Of a DNA stretch of 64,000 nt, positions 14,358 through 27,859 are shown in pieces. Below the pieces are notes generated by a model that worked only from the letters and a program-made list of their open reading frames with translations, had not been told where the DNA came from and did no database searches. Positions within the stretch are counted from its first letter, which is position 1. Each line of letters begins with the position of its first letter. The DNA lies in contig OZ024745.1 of NCBI GenBank assembly GCA_964016885.1, positions 53,072,001 to 53,136,000 of the forward strand, read 5' to 3'. This stretch comes from Eledone cirrhosa. Lineage: Eukaryota. Both the position numbers and the translations under genes were made by a program.

Positions 14358-17300
14358 ATGACCTCACTCAGAATAGGCAGCATAAATGCGCCTGGCTTGG
14401 GGTCGTCATGGAAGCAGGGTCACCTGCTCAACGACCTCAGGTCACTAAACATAGATGTAGTGGCCATCAGCGAGACCAGAATCTCCGAAGCACAGGCTTT
14501 CGCACCGGTCTTCGGCGGCTACGATGTGTACGCATCTCCCAGCTGTCCTGGATCGGGGGGGAGGAGTTGCTGTGCTTTTTCGGAGAGGTTTGGATCTCGC
14601 CATACGGGCCATCTTCCTGGATCCAGAAGGTAAGCTGGTGGTGCTGGACGTGACCAGCGGAGACGGGCAAGCTTTCAGGCTAGTGGCCGTCTATGCCCCG
14701 GCAGGAGCAGGGCGGCCTGATTTCTTCCGGCGTCTGGAGACCTTTCTTGGAACGTCCCGCTCTTTAGTGTTAGTGGGCGACTGGAACGGGATCTTAGATG
14801 CACGCTGGGACTGTGTGGGATTAGCGGATAGGGGTGGAGGGTGCAAGAGCCTCACCAACCTGCTCAGGCGTTTTGAACTGTCTGACAGGTACCGATTGGA
14901 TTTCCCGAATGTGCCAATGTGGACTTGGACAAATCGCATAGGGTCATCCAGATCATATCTAGATAGAGTATTTTGTAGGGAAATAGATAGGTCTAGCATA
15001 GGCTGTCCACAATTCAAGATAGTCAGCTATACGGACCACAAATTCGTGATCTGCGTGCTTGACTTAGATAGGCTTCATAGACGAGGACCCGGCTACTGGA
15101 AGCTAAACGCGTCCTTACCGGCGCGCAAGGCCTACAGAGACCGGATTAGCGAACTAGTTAAGCGGGCGTTGACGGGGGCCATCGTCAACAACAAGTTGTG
15201 GTTTGCTCTGAACAGAGCGATTAGAATAGAATCAATTAGGATTAGTAAGGCTTTAACAATGGAGAAAAATAGAGCAGAGGGAGAACTAGTTAGAAAATTA
15301 GACGAGGCGCTTAGCAAAGGCATTGCGACCGATGTGCTTGCGGCGAAATTGGCCCTTGACCAATTCTTCAATGGAAAGCACGAAGGCTGGGTGCGTGCTC
15401 TCAGACACGAGGGGACGAAAGCCGTTCAATGGGCCCGAGTGGCGGAGGCGCGTCGTGGCAACAAAGCCACGATCCGGTCTTTGGTGGACCACGACGGGCG
15501 CATGCTACTCGATCCCGGGCAAATGTGTGAAGCTTTTCAGCGATACTTCGCTCAGCTGTTCGGGGGCAGCGGTGGGCCGGGTCAAGGGATGGACTTTAGT
15601 GTCTACCTCGACGGACTGCCGCGGATCTCGGCCACTGAGGCGAAGTGTTGCGAAAAGCCGATAACAGCCGCTGAAGTAAGGGAGGCAATGACTGGCTGCA
15701 CAAGGGGTAAATCGCCTGGTTTGGATGGTCTGCCCTATGAACTTTACGTACAGATGCCAGACTTGTTCGGAGGCCTCTTGGCGGACGTCTACTGCAACTG
15801 GCAACAGAACGGGAGAATTCCCAGTTCTGTGAGCCGAGGTGCGATGGCACTGCTGAGAAAGGATCCGAACAAGGGGGATAACATAGATAATTTCCGGCCC
15901 ATAACTCTGCTAAACACAAAGTTCAAGATTTTGGCCAAGGTGCTAGCAAAGAGGTTGGCGCTTGTCGTTGGTGGTCTGTTGGGAGAGGCGCAGACATGCG
16001 CCATTCCTGACAGATCTATCCACGACAACCTCCACCTCATGCGATACATCGTAGAGAGGGTAGCTACGGAACCTGGCACGGGTGGGTCCTTGATCAATTT
16101 AGATCAGTCGAAAGCTTTCGATAGGGTCGACCATCGTTACCTAGCGGCTGGATTTGGGCCCGTCTTCAGAGGCTGGATCGCTGCCATGCACAGCGACATC
16201 TGCTCTGTAGTAGGAGTGAATGGTCACCTGTCGGAACCGTTCAACATTATGCGCTCGGTCCGCCAAGGATGTCCCCTCTCGTCCCTCTTGTACGTATTGA
16301 CTCTCGAGCCATTACTGCACAAACTGGAGACGTTGAGGGGCGTCCCACGCGAACTAGGATGCAGAAGATCCGTGTCAGCATATGCGGACGATGTCACCGT
16401 AGTGGTGTCGAACGCCAAACACATCGAGGCGATCGGCACTACACTAAGAGAATACGAAGCGGTGACAGGAGCAATGATCAACCAGGAAAAGTCAGTGGGC
16501 CTGCAGCTCGGCACCTGGAGAGGCAGGTCCATGCCGTCCAACAGCGTCGTCGGACGCTGGACGGACGGACCGGTTAAATTGCTAGGGGTCTGGTTCGGTC
16601 CGGACCTCCAGACGGACAAAAGCTGGGACGAGGTGACGAGCAGGGTGGCTTCTCTCACCCAGAAATGGGCGGAGAAGAAGCTATCCCTGAAAGGTCGAGC
16701 GGAGGTGGCTAAAGCGTACATCGCGTCTGTCATCTGCTACCGCCTGACCTTCGCATCTTGTCCTAAGCCTCGCCTGACTGCGCTGGAGAGTTTGCTCTTT
16801 CGCTTTTTGTGGAAGGGACGCGCTCCGATGGTCAGGCTGTCCATCTGTTGTCAACACCCGCTACGTGGAGGGCTGGGCATGCCGTGGCTGATGATGGGCA
16901 GGCACGCGCTCAGGCTACGACATCTCCACCTCTTCCTCGACGGTGATCAGTTGTGGTCGCCGTTTGCTAGACACGTATTTCCCCAGCTCGTTTCCTTGAC
17001 GGAGCTGCAGTCCTGGGTCAAGCGAAGACCGAGAGGGAGCGCCTGGAGACTGGAATGTCTTCAGGCGCTCACAGCCCTCGACCAATCGGGCAATGTGATC
17101 GGTGGAAACTCCACCTCGGCGTTCTATAGAGGATTAGTGGAGGGGAAGAGCGACGACGTACTTGGTGAAACTCTAGGCGTCGACGAAAATCAACTAGCCA
17201 ATCTCTTCGGAAGAACTTTCGGGCCAGGGCCTATGGACAACTTCCAGAAATCTCTGACCTGGCAGTGCTACCGAGGAGCCTTGCCAGTTCGGGATAAACT

Positions 17301-17748
17301 CTACAGGCGTGGAGGTGCCGTCAGCCGGGCATGTCCGAGATGCGCGCAGGGTGACGAAACCGTCCTGCACGCACTCGTTCAGTGTCCGAAAATTACTGAC
17401 TTGTGGGTTTATGTCGAACATCTGCTGTCGCGTTTAGGACGGATCCAGCTATCATCTGAGTCCATCGTGAGGATTGCCCCGCCCTCCTCCTTTAGCCGGG
17501 AAGGGCAGGCAGTTTTTATCTGTCTGGTGGCCATGGCGAAAGAGATAGTATGGTGGACACGTTTGAAAGGGCTGAAGACGAGCACTTACCTCTTCGGTGA
17601 TGCTCTGATTGACTTTTTCAAATTTCATTTGAAAAGGAAAATTAGAGTAGAGAGGGAAGTGCTCTCTTCCCAGCATTTTGTTGAAAGATGGGTGAGAGAA
17701 GCAAGAATGGCCCGAGTGAATGGGCCTACTTTGAGTATATATCTGTAA
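14358..17748 (+). pseudogene. Tx1 ORF2 (AP endonuclease, reverse transcriptase, C-terminal CCHC), one frameshift near 14555
   Basis: MTSLRIGSINAPGL..AISET at 14358 switches frame at the G-run near 14555 into 14524-17748. Motifs: GDWN, SYLDRV, TDH, SPGLDGLP, FRPITLLN, DQSKAFDRV, RQGCPLS, AYADD, GGLG, CPRCAQGDETVLHALVQC. Confidence 0.95.
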
Positions 17749-17996
17749 ATTAAAGGTGGAAAACTGGGAGAGGGCACTTGCCTTGGTGGTCAGGGTCATT
17801 GTGGCCTTTTACTGGGCTTTCTCCACAAATGTCCCTCCGAAGTCTCCCCCCTATTGGGGAATTTTTCATTGTTATTTTTTGTTACATTCTCTGTTTTTGT
17901 TTTGTACACGCAGAAATGCCCATTTGTACCGTCCTGTATTGTCCTGCACTGTCCTTAATGTCTACTTTATGTAAGGCCTTGTGGTTAATAAAGAAA

Positions 17997-18043
<47 letters not shown>

Positions 18044-18045
<2 letters not shown>

Positions 18046-18243
18046 GGGCGGTGGATTGGAAGTATCGGTAGAGGGTCGGACGCCATGCTTTGACGGAAAG
18101 AGTTACGGCCCTTTCCATTCTGAATTCAAATCCCGTCAAGGTTAACTTTGCCTTTCATCTTTACGGGGTCGATAAAATAGAAGGAACAGTAATACACTGG
18201 GTATTTGCTGGTCTTGTGCCTAACGTAGAAACAATTATTATTA
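18044..18243 (+). mobile_element. tRNA-derived SINE, full-length copy
   Basis: AAGGGCGGTGGATTGG head, GAATTCAAATCCC B-box-like motif, GCCTTTCATCTTTACGGGGTCGATAAAAT core, (ATT)n tail. Confidence 0.9.
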
Positions 18244-18258
18244 TTATTGTTGTTATTA

Positions 18259-20808
18259 CTCTTTGAGTCTCAGTCATTGATGTTAGTTAACTGGAAAGTC
18301 TGTTGAAATGAATATCAAGCCACTACCTGCAGCCTCAGATATTCAGGACGTATCGGAGGCTTCTTGCTGTTCCCAGCAAGCATGCCTTTTGAAGCGTTCC
18401 AAAAAGCGTGAAGGGGTCAATTTTCTTTAACCCTCCCTGGAAACTTTTTGAGATAGTCCCTAGTGCGCCTATGACAATCGGGATCACTTTGACTTCATGG
18501 CAGTTCCAAATCCTTTTTACCTCCCACTTTAAGTCCTGGTATCGGTTAATTTTCTCCCTCTCCTTCTCTTGCACTCTCGTGTCGAATGGGCAGGCCACAT
18601 CCACAATCAGGCACGATCTTTTTTCTTTGTCCACAACCACCAGGTCAGGTCTATTGTGTTCCAGTTTCTTGTCCGTCTGTATCCTAAAATCCCACAGCAC
18701 CTTCACCTGATCATTTTCTATCACCGCCTCTGGCTTATGCTCATACCACTTCTCAGAATGTGGTAAATTGTTTACTTTGCATAGGTGCCAGTGGATCACC
18801 CTGCCCATCACATCATGTCTCCAGCCCTTATAGTGAGTCTGGGCTAGGTGTTTACACTCGGATACAATGTGAGCCACAGTCTCCTCTATCTCTCCACAGA
18901 TCCTGCACAGTGGGCTAGCCTCCTCCTTGTAAATGTGGTGTTTCAACCACTTCGTTTTGAGGGCCTGCTCCTGTGCAGCCATTAACATTCCTTCTGTAGC
19001 CTTTTTAAGGTCTCCTCTTTTCAACCAGTTCCATGTCTGTGGATCTCTAAATTCAGTTTTCTCAAAAAAGGTACTATGAAGGGATTTTTCCTGAAGGCTG
19101 CTCTTTCTCCTTGATGTGATTTCCTCCTTGGACATCCCCTGGCCTATTGTCCCCTCCTTCAGTACAGTTCTGAGCATTGGCTCCTTACTATCAGTCACGT
19201 ATTTGTGTAGGTTGTTTTTCTCCATCTGAACACAGTCCTCTGTGCTGATAAGACCTCTTCCACCCTCAGATCTCCTTAAGTAGAGTCTATCGACATCACT
19301 CCTCTTGTGGAACATGTTGTAGATGGTCAATAGATTCCTAGTCTTCCTATCGATTTCTTTTTGTTCAGCAACATTCCATCTCAGAATTCCCACACTGTAC
19401 ATAATAATAGACACAGCTCGGAAATTTACTGCACTTATGGCATTCCTACTGTTCAGATGTGACTTTAATACGCTCCTTACTCTCCGAATGTATTCAGTTC
19501 TTATCAATTCCTTCATTTTTTTGTTCTTGATGTCATCAGCCTCCAGAACGCCCAAATAATTGTATCCTTCTTCAGAGTCAATTTCCTTTATCATCTCACC
19601 TGTTGGTACCTGGAATCCGTTACTTCTGCTCAACTTACCCCTCCTCATCACAATGAATCCACACTTACTAATACCAAATTGCATACATATATCATTGCTG
19701 AAAATACGGACAGTGTCAACAAGCACATCCAACTCCTTCTCACTCTTCCCGAAAAGCTTAAGATCGTCCATGAAGTGGAGGTGATTGATGGTAAGCCCTC
19801 CCTTTCCCAACCTGTATCCTGCTCTCACTTTTCGCAGTACACTGGTCAGGGGCATCAGAGCAAGGACAAACAACAGAGGGGACAGACTATCTCCCTGGAA
19901 GATACCTCTCTTGATCTTCACACTTGCCAAGGATTCTCCAGTTGATGTTAACTCTGTTTCCCAGGACTTCATACTTTTGCCCAACAACTGTCTGATGTTA
20001 TCTGCCACCTTGAAGATCTCCAGGCTTTTGGTGATCCAAGAATGAGGCACCATGTCAAATACCTTTTTTTAGTCTATCCATCCCATGGCAAGACGAGTGT
20101 GTCTCCTCTTGCAATTCCTCATTACCATCTTATCAATAAGTAACTGGTCCTTTGTACCACGTGACTTCTTTCGGCATCCTGTCTGTTCGTCCGGTAACAA
20201 GTTGTTTGTGTGGAGGTGATGGTAGATTTCCTCAGACATAATGCTTGTCAACAGTTTCCACATTACGGACAGACATGTGATAGGTCTATAGTTGGTAACA
20301 TCATTACCCTTGATTCGGTCTTTCATTATCAGAACTGTGGTACCTTTTGTCAACCACTCTGGTACCTCACCTGACATCAAGCAGTCATTGAACATGGTTG
20401 TCAGTTTCGGTTGGAGGGATGTTATGTTTTTAATCCAATACCCCTGCACACCATCTGGGCCAGGTGATTTCCAGTTGGTTAGTTTTTTGGCCTGCCCCTT
20501 AAGAGTTTCAACTGTGATACTCAAATCAGTTTGTTGGTGTGCCTGTTCACTGATCTCCTTCTGTACTGTCTCAATCCACACTGCCTGGTCATTATGTTTA
20601 ACATCCTGCTCCCATATTCCTCTCCAGAATGTTTTAGTTTGTTCCGCCTCAGGGATGAAGTCGTTGCCTCTTTCTTTCCCTTCAAGCTGTCCAAACAGCA
20701 TCTTCTGGTTGTTGTCGAACATGCGGTTCTGTCTATACTGGCTGACTCTGTTCTCGTATCGACTGATTTTTGCACTCTTTGCTACAATGCGTTGCTTCAG
20801 TTCCTCTA
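18259..20808 (-). mobile_element. 5'-truncated R4/Dong-type non-LTR retrotransposon (RT + restriction-like endonuclease) inserted in (TAA)n
   Basis: ORF pieces 20069-20808 (WKSPGPDGV, YRPITCL, GTKDQL) and 18335-20053 (GIFQGDSLSP, FMDD, GGRGL, CRICGEIEETVAHIVSEC, RHD, RPDLVVVD, IVDV), with a break at ~20060-20070. (TAA)n at both junctions. Confidence 0.92.
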
Positions 20809-20837
20809 TGATTATTATTATTATTATTATTATTATT

Positions 20838-21012
20838 GGATTGGTAGTATCAGTAGAGGGCTGGACGCCATGCTTTCCAGCATAGTTACCTCCCTTTACC
20901 ATCTGAGTTCAAATCCCGCCGAGGTTGACTTTGCCTTTCATCCTTACGGGGTCGATAAAATAAAGTACCAGTAATGCTGGCCTTGTGCCTAAAGTAGAAA
21001 CAATTATTATTA
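20838..21012 (+). mobile_element. tRNA-derived SINE copy, slightly 5'-truncated
   Basis: Same family as 18044-18243; GAGTTCAAATCCCGCCGAGG and GCCTTTCATCCTTACGGGGTCGATAAAATAAAGTACC. Confidence 0.9.
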
Positions 21013-21157
21013 TAGTTATTTAATAGGAATGTTTAATTTAAAAGTAATTTCGGATTGATATTTGTACGCTGCAAAAAAGATTAAACAAACGGAATACAAA
21101 AATACAATGCGTCGAAAAGAAAGTAACATTACTTTTAATAAATGACAAACGAAAGAC

Positions 21158-21259
<102 letters not shown>

Positions 21260-21396
21260 AATATAGTAATATAGATAGAAATGGCTACTACATTCGGAAG
21301 AAATCATCAGGAAAGCCTGAATGAAACAGTTCTAGTCCTGTATGTAGAAGCCAATTCTATATTAAATATTTATAATCTGCTATGTATTGAGTAGCT

Positions 21397-22084
<688 letters not shown>

Positions 22085-22171
22085 TATATGTATATATATA
22101 TATATTATGTATACATATATATATATATGCATATATATACGTATATATATATATATATACGTATATATATA

Positions 22172-22230
<59 letters not shown>

Positions 22231-22235
<5 letters not shown>

Positions 22236-22422
22236 AACCAGTAAGACCCCGACAGCTGAGCTCAAGCCGTTTCGACGGCTAATTCAGTCCAGAATTAGCC
22301 GTCGAAACGGCTTGAGCTCAGCTGTCGGGGTCTTACTGGTTCCTATTACCCACTCTACTACCTCAAGTATTGAGTACTTTGGTGCGTTATGGTCCACCTG
22401 GTTCCTTACCACATTTCCTTCG

Positions 22423-22424
<2 letters not shown>
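22231..22424. mobile_element. Fold-back PLE pLTR element, family B
   Basis: Perfect ~55-bp inverted arms (ATAGGAACCAGTAAGACCCC...GGGGTCTTACTGGTTCCTAT) plus a unique tail; (TA)n on both sides. Related to the terminus of the Naiad-type element at 51833. Confidence 0.82.
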
Positions 22425-22971
<547 letters not shown>

Positions 22972-22972
22972 C

Positions 22973-23003
<31 letters not shown>

Positions 23004-23024
23004 AATATATATATACATATATAG

Positions 23025-23055
<31 letters not shown>

Positions 23056-23056
23056 A

Positions 23057-23100
<44 letters not shown>

Positions 23101-23163
23101 GCACACAAACATACACATAGACATATTATATATCTATATTCCTGCTTATATATATATATATAT

Positions 23164-23239
<76 letters not shown>

Positions 23240-23322
23240 GTTGTTTTGTATATGAATACATATTGTATGTGTGCCATTGTTGTTCGAATTCTTTCAATGT
23301 TTCTTTCAATATATATATATAT

Positions 23323-23535
23323 ATAGGGAAAAGCGGACGTAAAATGATGATGATGATATATATACATATATATATATATATTTATATATATATATAGGGA
23401 AAAGCGGACGTAAAATGATGATGATGATATATATACATATATATATATATATTTATATATATATATATAGGGAAAAGCGGACGTAAAATGATGATGATGA
23501 TATATATACATATATATATATATATTTATATATAC
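23323..23535. repeat. Three tandem ~70-bp units, each GGGAAAAGCGGACGTAAAATGATGATGAT plus (TA)n
   Basis: Motif at ~23326, ~23397 and ~23470. Resembles an RTE-type LINE/SINE 3' tail ending in (GAT)n. Confidence 0.85.
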
Positions 23536-23926
23536 ATATGATCTTTATGAACTTTTTGTATGAGTAAGCCTATTCGTGTTTCTGTGCGTTGTTCGATCTT
23601 AAAGTTTATTACTTTTCACATCTTGCTACACAGACATTAACACCAAGACTGTGTGATATTTTTTCCAGGCGAACAGAATAGTGGAAATACCTCGATTATG
23701 TTAAAGTTAACAGATAATTATTTATTTTGTAAGGTATCTCATGACATTAATTGTTTCCATGCGAAATAGAATTTTACACATATACTTCTTCTTATTTTAA
23801 GGTGCTTCCTTAGTATTTTTAAATTTAAAAAAAGAAAAACAATGAGCAGACGCTGAATAGCGAAGTGTATTTCGGTAAATTTACACCGTGAAATAAGTAA
23901 ATATTCGAATCGACATATCAATTCAA

Positions 23927-24435
23927 TCTTCTTCTTCTTCTTCTTCTTCTTCTTCTTCTTCTTCTTCTTCTTCTTCTTCTTCTTCTTCTTCACAACACAC
24001 TTTTCCGAAGAGGGTCATGGGAGCTGAGTCCTCAAACACTCTTTCCAGCGGGTGGGGAGAACTCCAATTGATCCGGCTGGAACCCCTAGCGTAACCAGCC
24101 AAGCTCATGCATTTTATGTAATCATCTTGCTCGGTGCCTACCCCTGGGTTCCTGCTGGTTGGTTTTGCCCGTAAAATCTGTCCAGCGATACATTCCTGTG
24201 ACATTCTAACCCCATGCTCATGGCATCGGAGCTGTGACCTCTCAATTCGGACAAGTATTCCAAGGATCCGTTCGGAGGAATCCCATTTCGGTCGCTTGTA
24301 TTTCAATCGTATTCTTTCGGGCATTATCCGATGGTTGAGACGGATACCGAACTGAAGATGAGTGTCTCAGTTTTCGCAGCACTGATTTTCATCCCAGCCA
24401 TGCAGCACTCGGCATCAAGCCTATCAACCCGTTTC
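23927..24435 (-). mobile_element. RTE-clade LINE 3' relic with (GAA)n tail
   Basis: Minus peptide ILVRIERSQLRCHEHGVRMSQECIAGQILRAKPT is a decayed RTE C-terminus (LRWFGHV.RM). DRLDAECCMAGMKISAAKTETL lies upstream. (TTC)n at 23927-23991. Confidence 0.8.
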
Positions 24436-24618
24436 TTTAATATGTACATATATATTCAACATTGTATGAGCATCATGACCCACCCAAACTAATATCATTT
24501 TCAACTCAGGTTTTCACATAAAAAATCTTGCAAACAAATACAAAGAAGTATATTTATAAATATATAAATATATATATAGAGAGAGAGAGTGAGAGAGAGA
24601 GTATGAACTTGACCGGGA

Positions 24619-24662
24619 CGCCAAACGGTTTCGGCTTCTGTTCACCAAGCCTTTACAGGTGG
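24619..24662 (-). ncRNA. Degenerate hammerhead-like motif
   Basis: CCAC-CUGUAAA-GGCUU-loop-AAGCC-GAAA-CCGUUUGG. Stem II and GAAA are intact; the core and stem I are decayed. Confidence 0.45.
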
Positions 24663-25349
24663 TTAAGACGAATATTTTTCTTTGTAATTTTTAGGGTGTG
24701 CAGAAATGGATAACTAGCTGACTTGGTAGTACTATGGTTAAAATGATTACTGTGCGAAACTGGCAGGGAGATATAGCACTGAGCTAAGCGAGAGTGTGGA
24801 GAGGAATGGAGAAGAGTGAGAATGAAAGATGGAGATTATGGAGGTGAAGGTTATTACTCACACCCACAGCTAGAATTGTGGTTGAAAAGATGGAGGTTTT
24901 TTTAAAGAATTTTTTAAATGGTATTTATAGAAATGCATTAATATACAAATCAATTGGTAACTTGATGAAAGAAATGAGAACACAAAATAGAAAAGAATTT
25001 AGAAAATAAATAGGTGGATAAATAAACGGATAAAGTATGTATATTATCTACACATGCTACGTACATATGTATACAGGCAAACGCATATATGCACACATTG
25101 GTACACAAAAATACACATGTATATATATATATATATATACTTACATATATATACATATATATATATGCATTAACATTCAACATACATACATGCACATGTA
25201 TGTTCATATCAATGCTATATGAATCGTATATACTATGAGCATGCATGGATGTGATACATCCACACACTAAAATAATACTCGTATACACTAAATAGGTATA
25301 ATAAGAATGTATTAGCACACTTATGTACACCCCCACCGACACACACAAT

Positions 25350-25392
<43 letters not shown>

Positions 25393-26914
25393 TGGGGGTG
25401 ATAGATATGTATGTATCCATTTGATGTTTATTCTTTGCACACGTAAACACATTTAAATATTAATGTGTTACTATGATGTTAACAATGTTTAAAATATGAA
25501 TTTCCTATCCATATGCTTGTTAAATATTCATTAAAATACCAAAGTTTAGTGGAATAAGGAATATATTGAAAGTTAGACAAATATGTATTTACATTATCCG
25601 TCCAAATCATGCTGAAATCCACTAGATGCCTCTCATCGAGCCGTGCTCGACGAAATAAGTAGTGACTTAGATAATCAACCCTATTCTTGAGAGGGACACC
25701 CTATAGCATCCACGGAACATTTAAAGAATTTAACAAAGTGCGAACATAATGGCGTCACTGTCGATGTTCTATATATCTTTGTCAATTGAATGTAGTGTAC
25801 TGCCTTAGAAATAGAAATGTGAATATTTTTGCACAACTAATCTGAAAGTGTATTTTGGGTCATACATATTCAAATCCTTAATCAGGAGAGCTTTGTTGTT
25901 ATTGTACCCCTTATTTCTGCTATATCACAGTCATACTACTTTACACAACGGAACATTATTTTTTTTTTATCTTGAGGTGCCAAACACATAGCTGTATGTA
26001 TGTATATATGCATTCGTCTATGTATGTATGTGTATATGTATGTACGTGCCTAAGTATGTATGTATGTATCTATGTAATGTACGCATACAAGCTTGTATGT
26101 TTTCCTGAGCGTAATGCTTCTCTTTCTTCTTTAGAATCTTTCTACACCCACCTAATTCCAAATTTCTTTTCGATGCACATTTCCATTTCCAAGATCTCTC
26201 TCTAATATGCTTGGGGGTATTTTGAGTTATCGGATTTCGTTTTTTTTTTTTTTGTTTTGTTTTTTTGTTTCTTCATTAGAAAAAAGGGATGTTACAGAGA
26301 AATAAAGATATTTAAGAGGCAATACAAAGATCAGAAAAAAGGGAACATTAAAAACAGGAAAACATTTTATCATCTTTATCCACCTAAGCTGAATGATAGA
26401 ATTTGTAAGGATTTTAAAACCTCTAAGATTTATTAGCTATTTCATATTTTTGTTATTTTTATTTTATAGTACTTTATTCATCAATGTATTTGTTTATTTA
26501 TGTATTCATTTATTGGGCTTTTTGGTTTGCTTTGTGTTCTGAATGACCAGAGCAATTTTAAGTTTCCTTTTTCAAAAAGAATTCAACAACTCTCATTTGT
26601 TAGATTTGTAATATAGAAAAGTTCTTATACCTTCCGGGCAAATTTTAATTAAATATTTAATATATTTGAATAAGCTTGTAATTTTTAGCTCTTATCGCAT
26701 CGGCTAAGTTCATTTAAAACTGAAATCCAAATCATCCAAATATGACTATCATCATTTTTTATATCGATGACTATTTTGTCAAATGTTAAACCACAAAGGA
26801 ATGATTTGTATGAGATTTTACCACTATTTTGAACAAGTAGAAATACCGGTTAAATGTGGTTCCAGATAGAAGGGTGGCTATTAGAGCCAGTAAATGGGAG
26901 TGAAATCAATTAAG

Positions 26915-26961
<47 letters not shown>

Positions 26962-27676
26962 CACACACACATACATACGTTCATAAATGTATATATATAT
27001 CGACAGAAAGGAGAGCGAAAAGACAGAGATTATGGAAGTCACCGAGTATAACTCACGTGAAACAACAAGTGTGTAGTAGATAGGCTGCAGATTGCATTAT
27101 AGAGCGAACACAGTTAGTTAGTGAGTCTTATGGCAGTGTCACACACACACACGCATACACACACACGCACCCACATACACACACACATATATATATATAT
27201 ATAGGAGGGAGGATTTGCTTATATATATATATACATATATATAGTCATATATTCTTACAGAATGTGTAGAATATATCAAACGATGGTTCAAGTAGTTAAA
27301 GTTATCCTATACATACGCACATAAGACACTAGTAAGCTGAATATTCGATTTTGAAATATTTAACAAACATGATTTTCTAAAGAATTAGGCTGTTTAGTTA
27401 CGAAAATTTTAGGCAGAATGTATTCGCAATTAACCTATTCAAATGTGTTATATGGCCTTACTGTTTCTCGTATGTTTCATAACATTTTAAAACACGATAC
27501 TTTCTTTGTCTTTAGACACAAGATGAAGATTTATCGCTTGTCAACATCAACAGTGAGTTCTGCAGTTGAAGACGGACGATGAACTGTCATATCGAGAATT
27601 GTTCAACCGTTAATTTTCTTCATTTTTTCAGTACGAAGATAATGCTAACAAAGTTTGAAAAGTATTCTATCACTAA

Positions 27677-27859
27677 AATAATTGTTTCTACTTTTGGCAC
27701 AAGGCTAACAATTAACCAGTGCATTACTGGTACTTTATTTTATCGACCCCGTAAGGATGAAAGGCAAAGTTAACCTCGGCGGGATTTGAATTCAGACCAT
27801 AAAGGGCCGTAACTCTTTGCTACGGAGCATGGCGTCAGACCCTCTACAGATACTGCCAA
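27677..27859 (-). mobile_element. tRNA-derived SINE copy
   Basis: Reverse complement of the same family (TTTTATCGACCCCGTAAGGATGAAAGGC). Confidence 0.9.

Larger units (their letters stand above)
12014..18000 (+). mobile_element. Near full-length Tx1-clade non-LTR retrotransposon flanked by (TTA)n on both sides
   Basis: (TTA)n at 11986-12013, then 5'UTR, ORF1 with a zinc knuckle, ORF2 APE-RT-CCHC, and a 3'UTR ending AATAAAGAAATC followed by (ATT)n at 17999-18043. The 5' boundary is inferred from the microsatellite. Confidence 0.93.

Noticed and set aside
18044-18135. tRNA-like A/B boxes in SINE heads
   Set aside because: No cloverleaf; these are SINE promoters, not tRNA genes.
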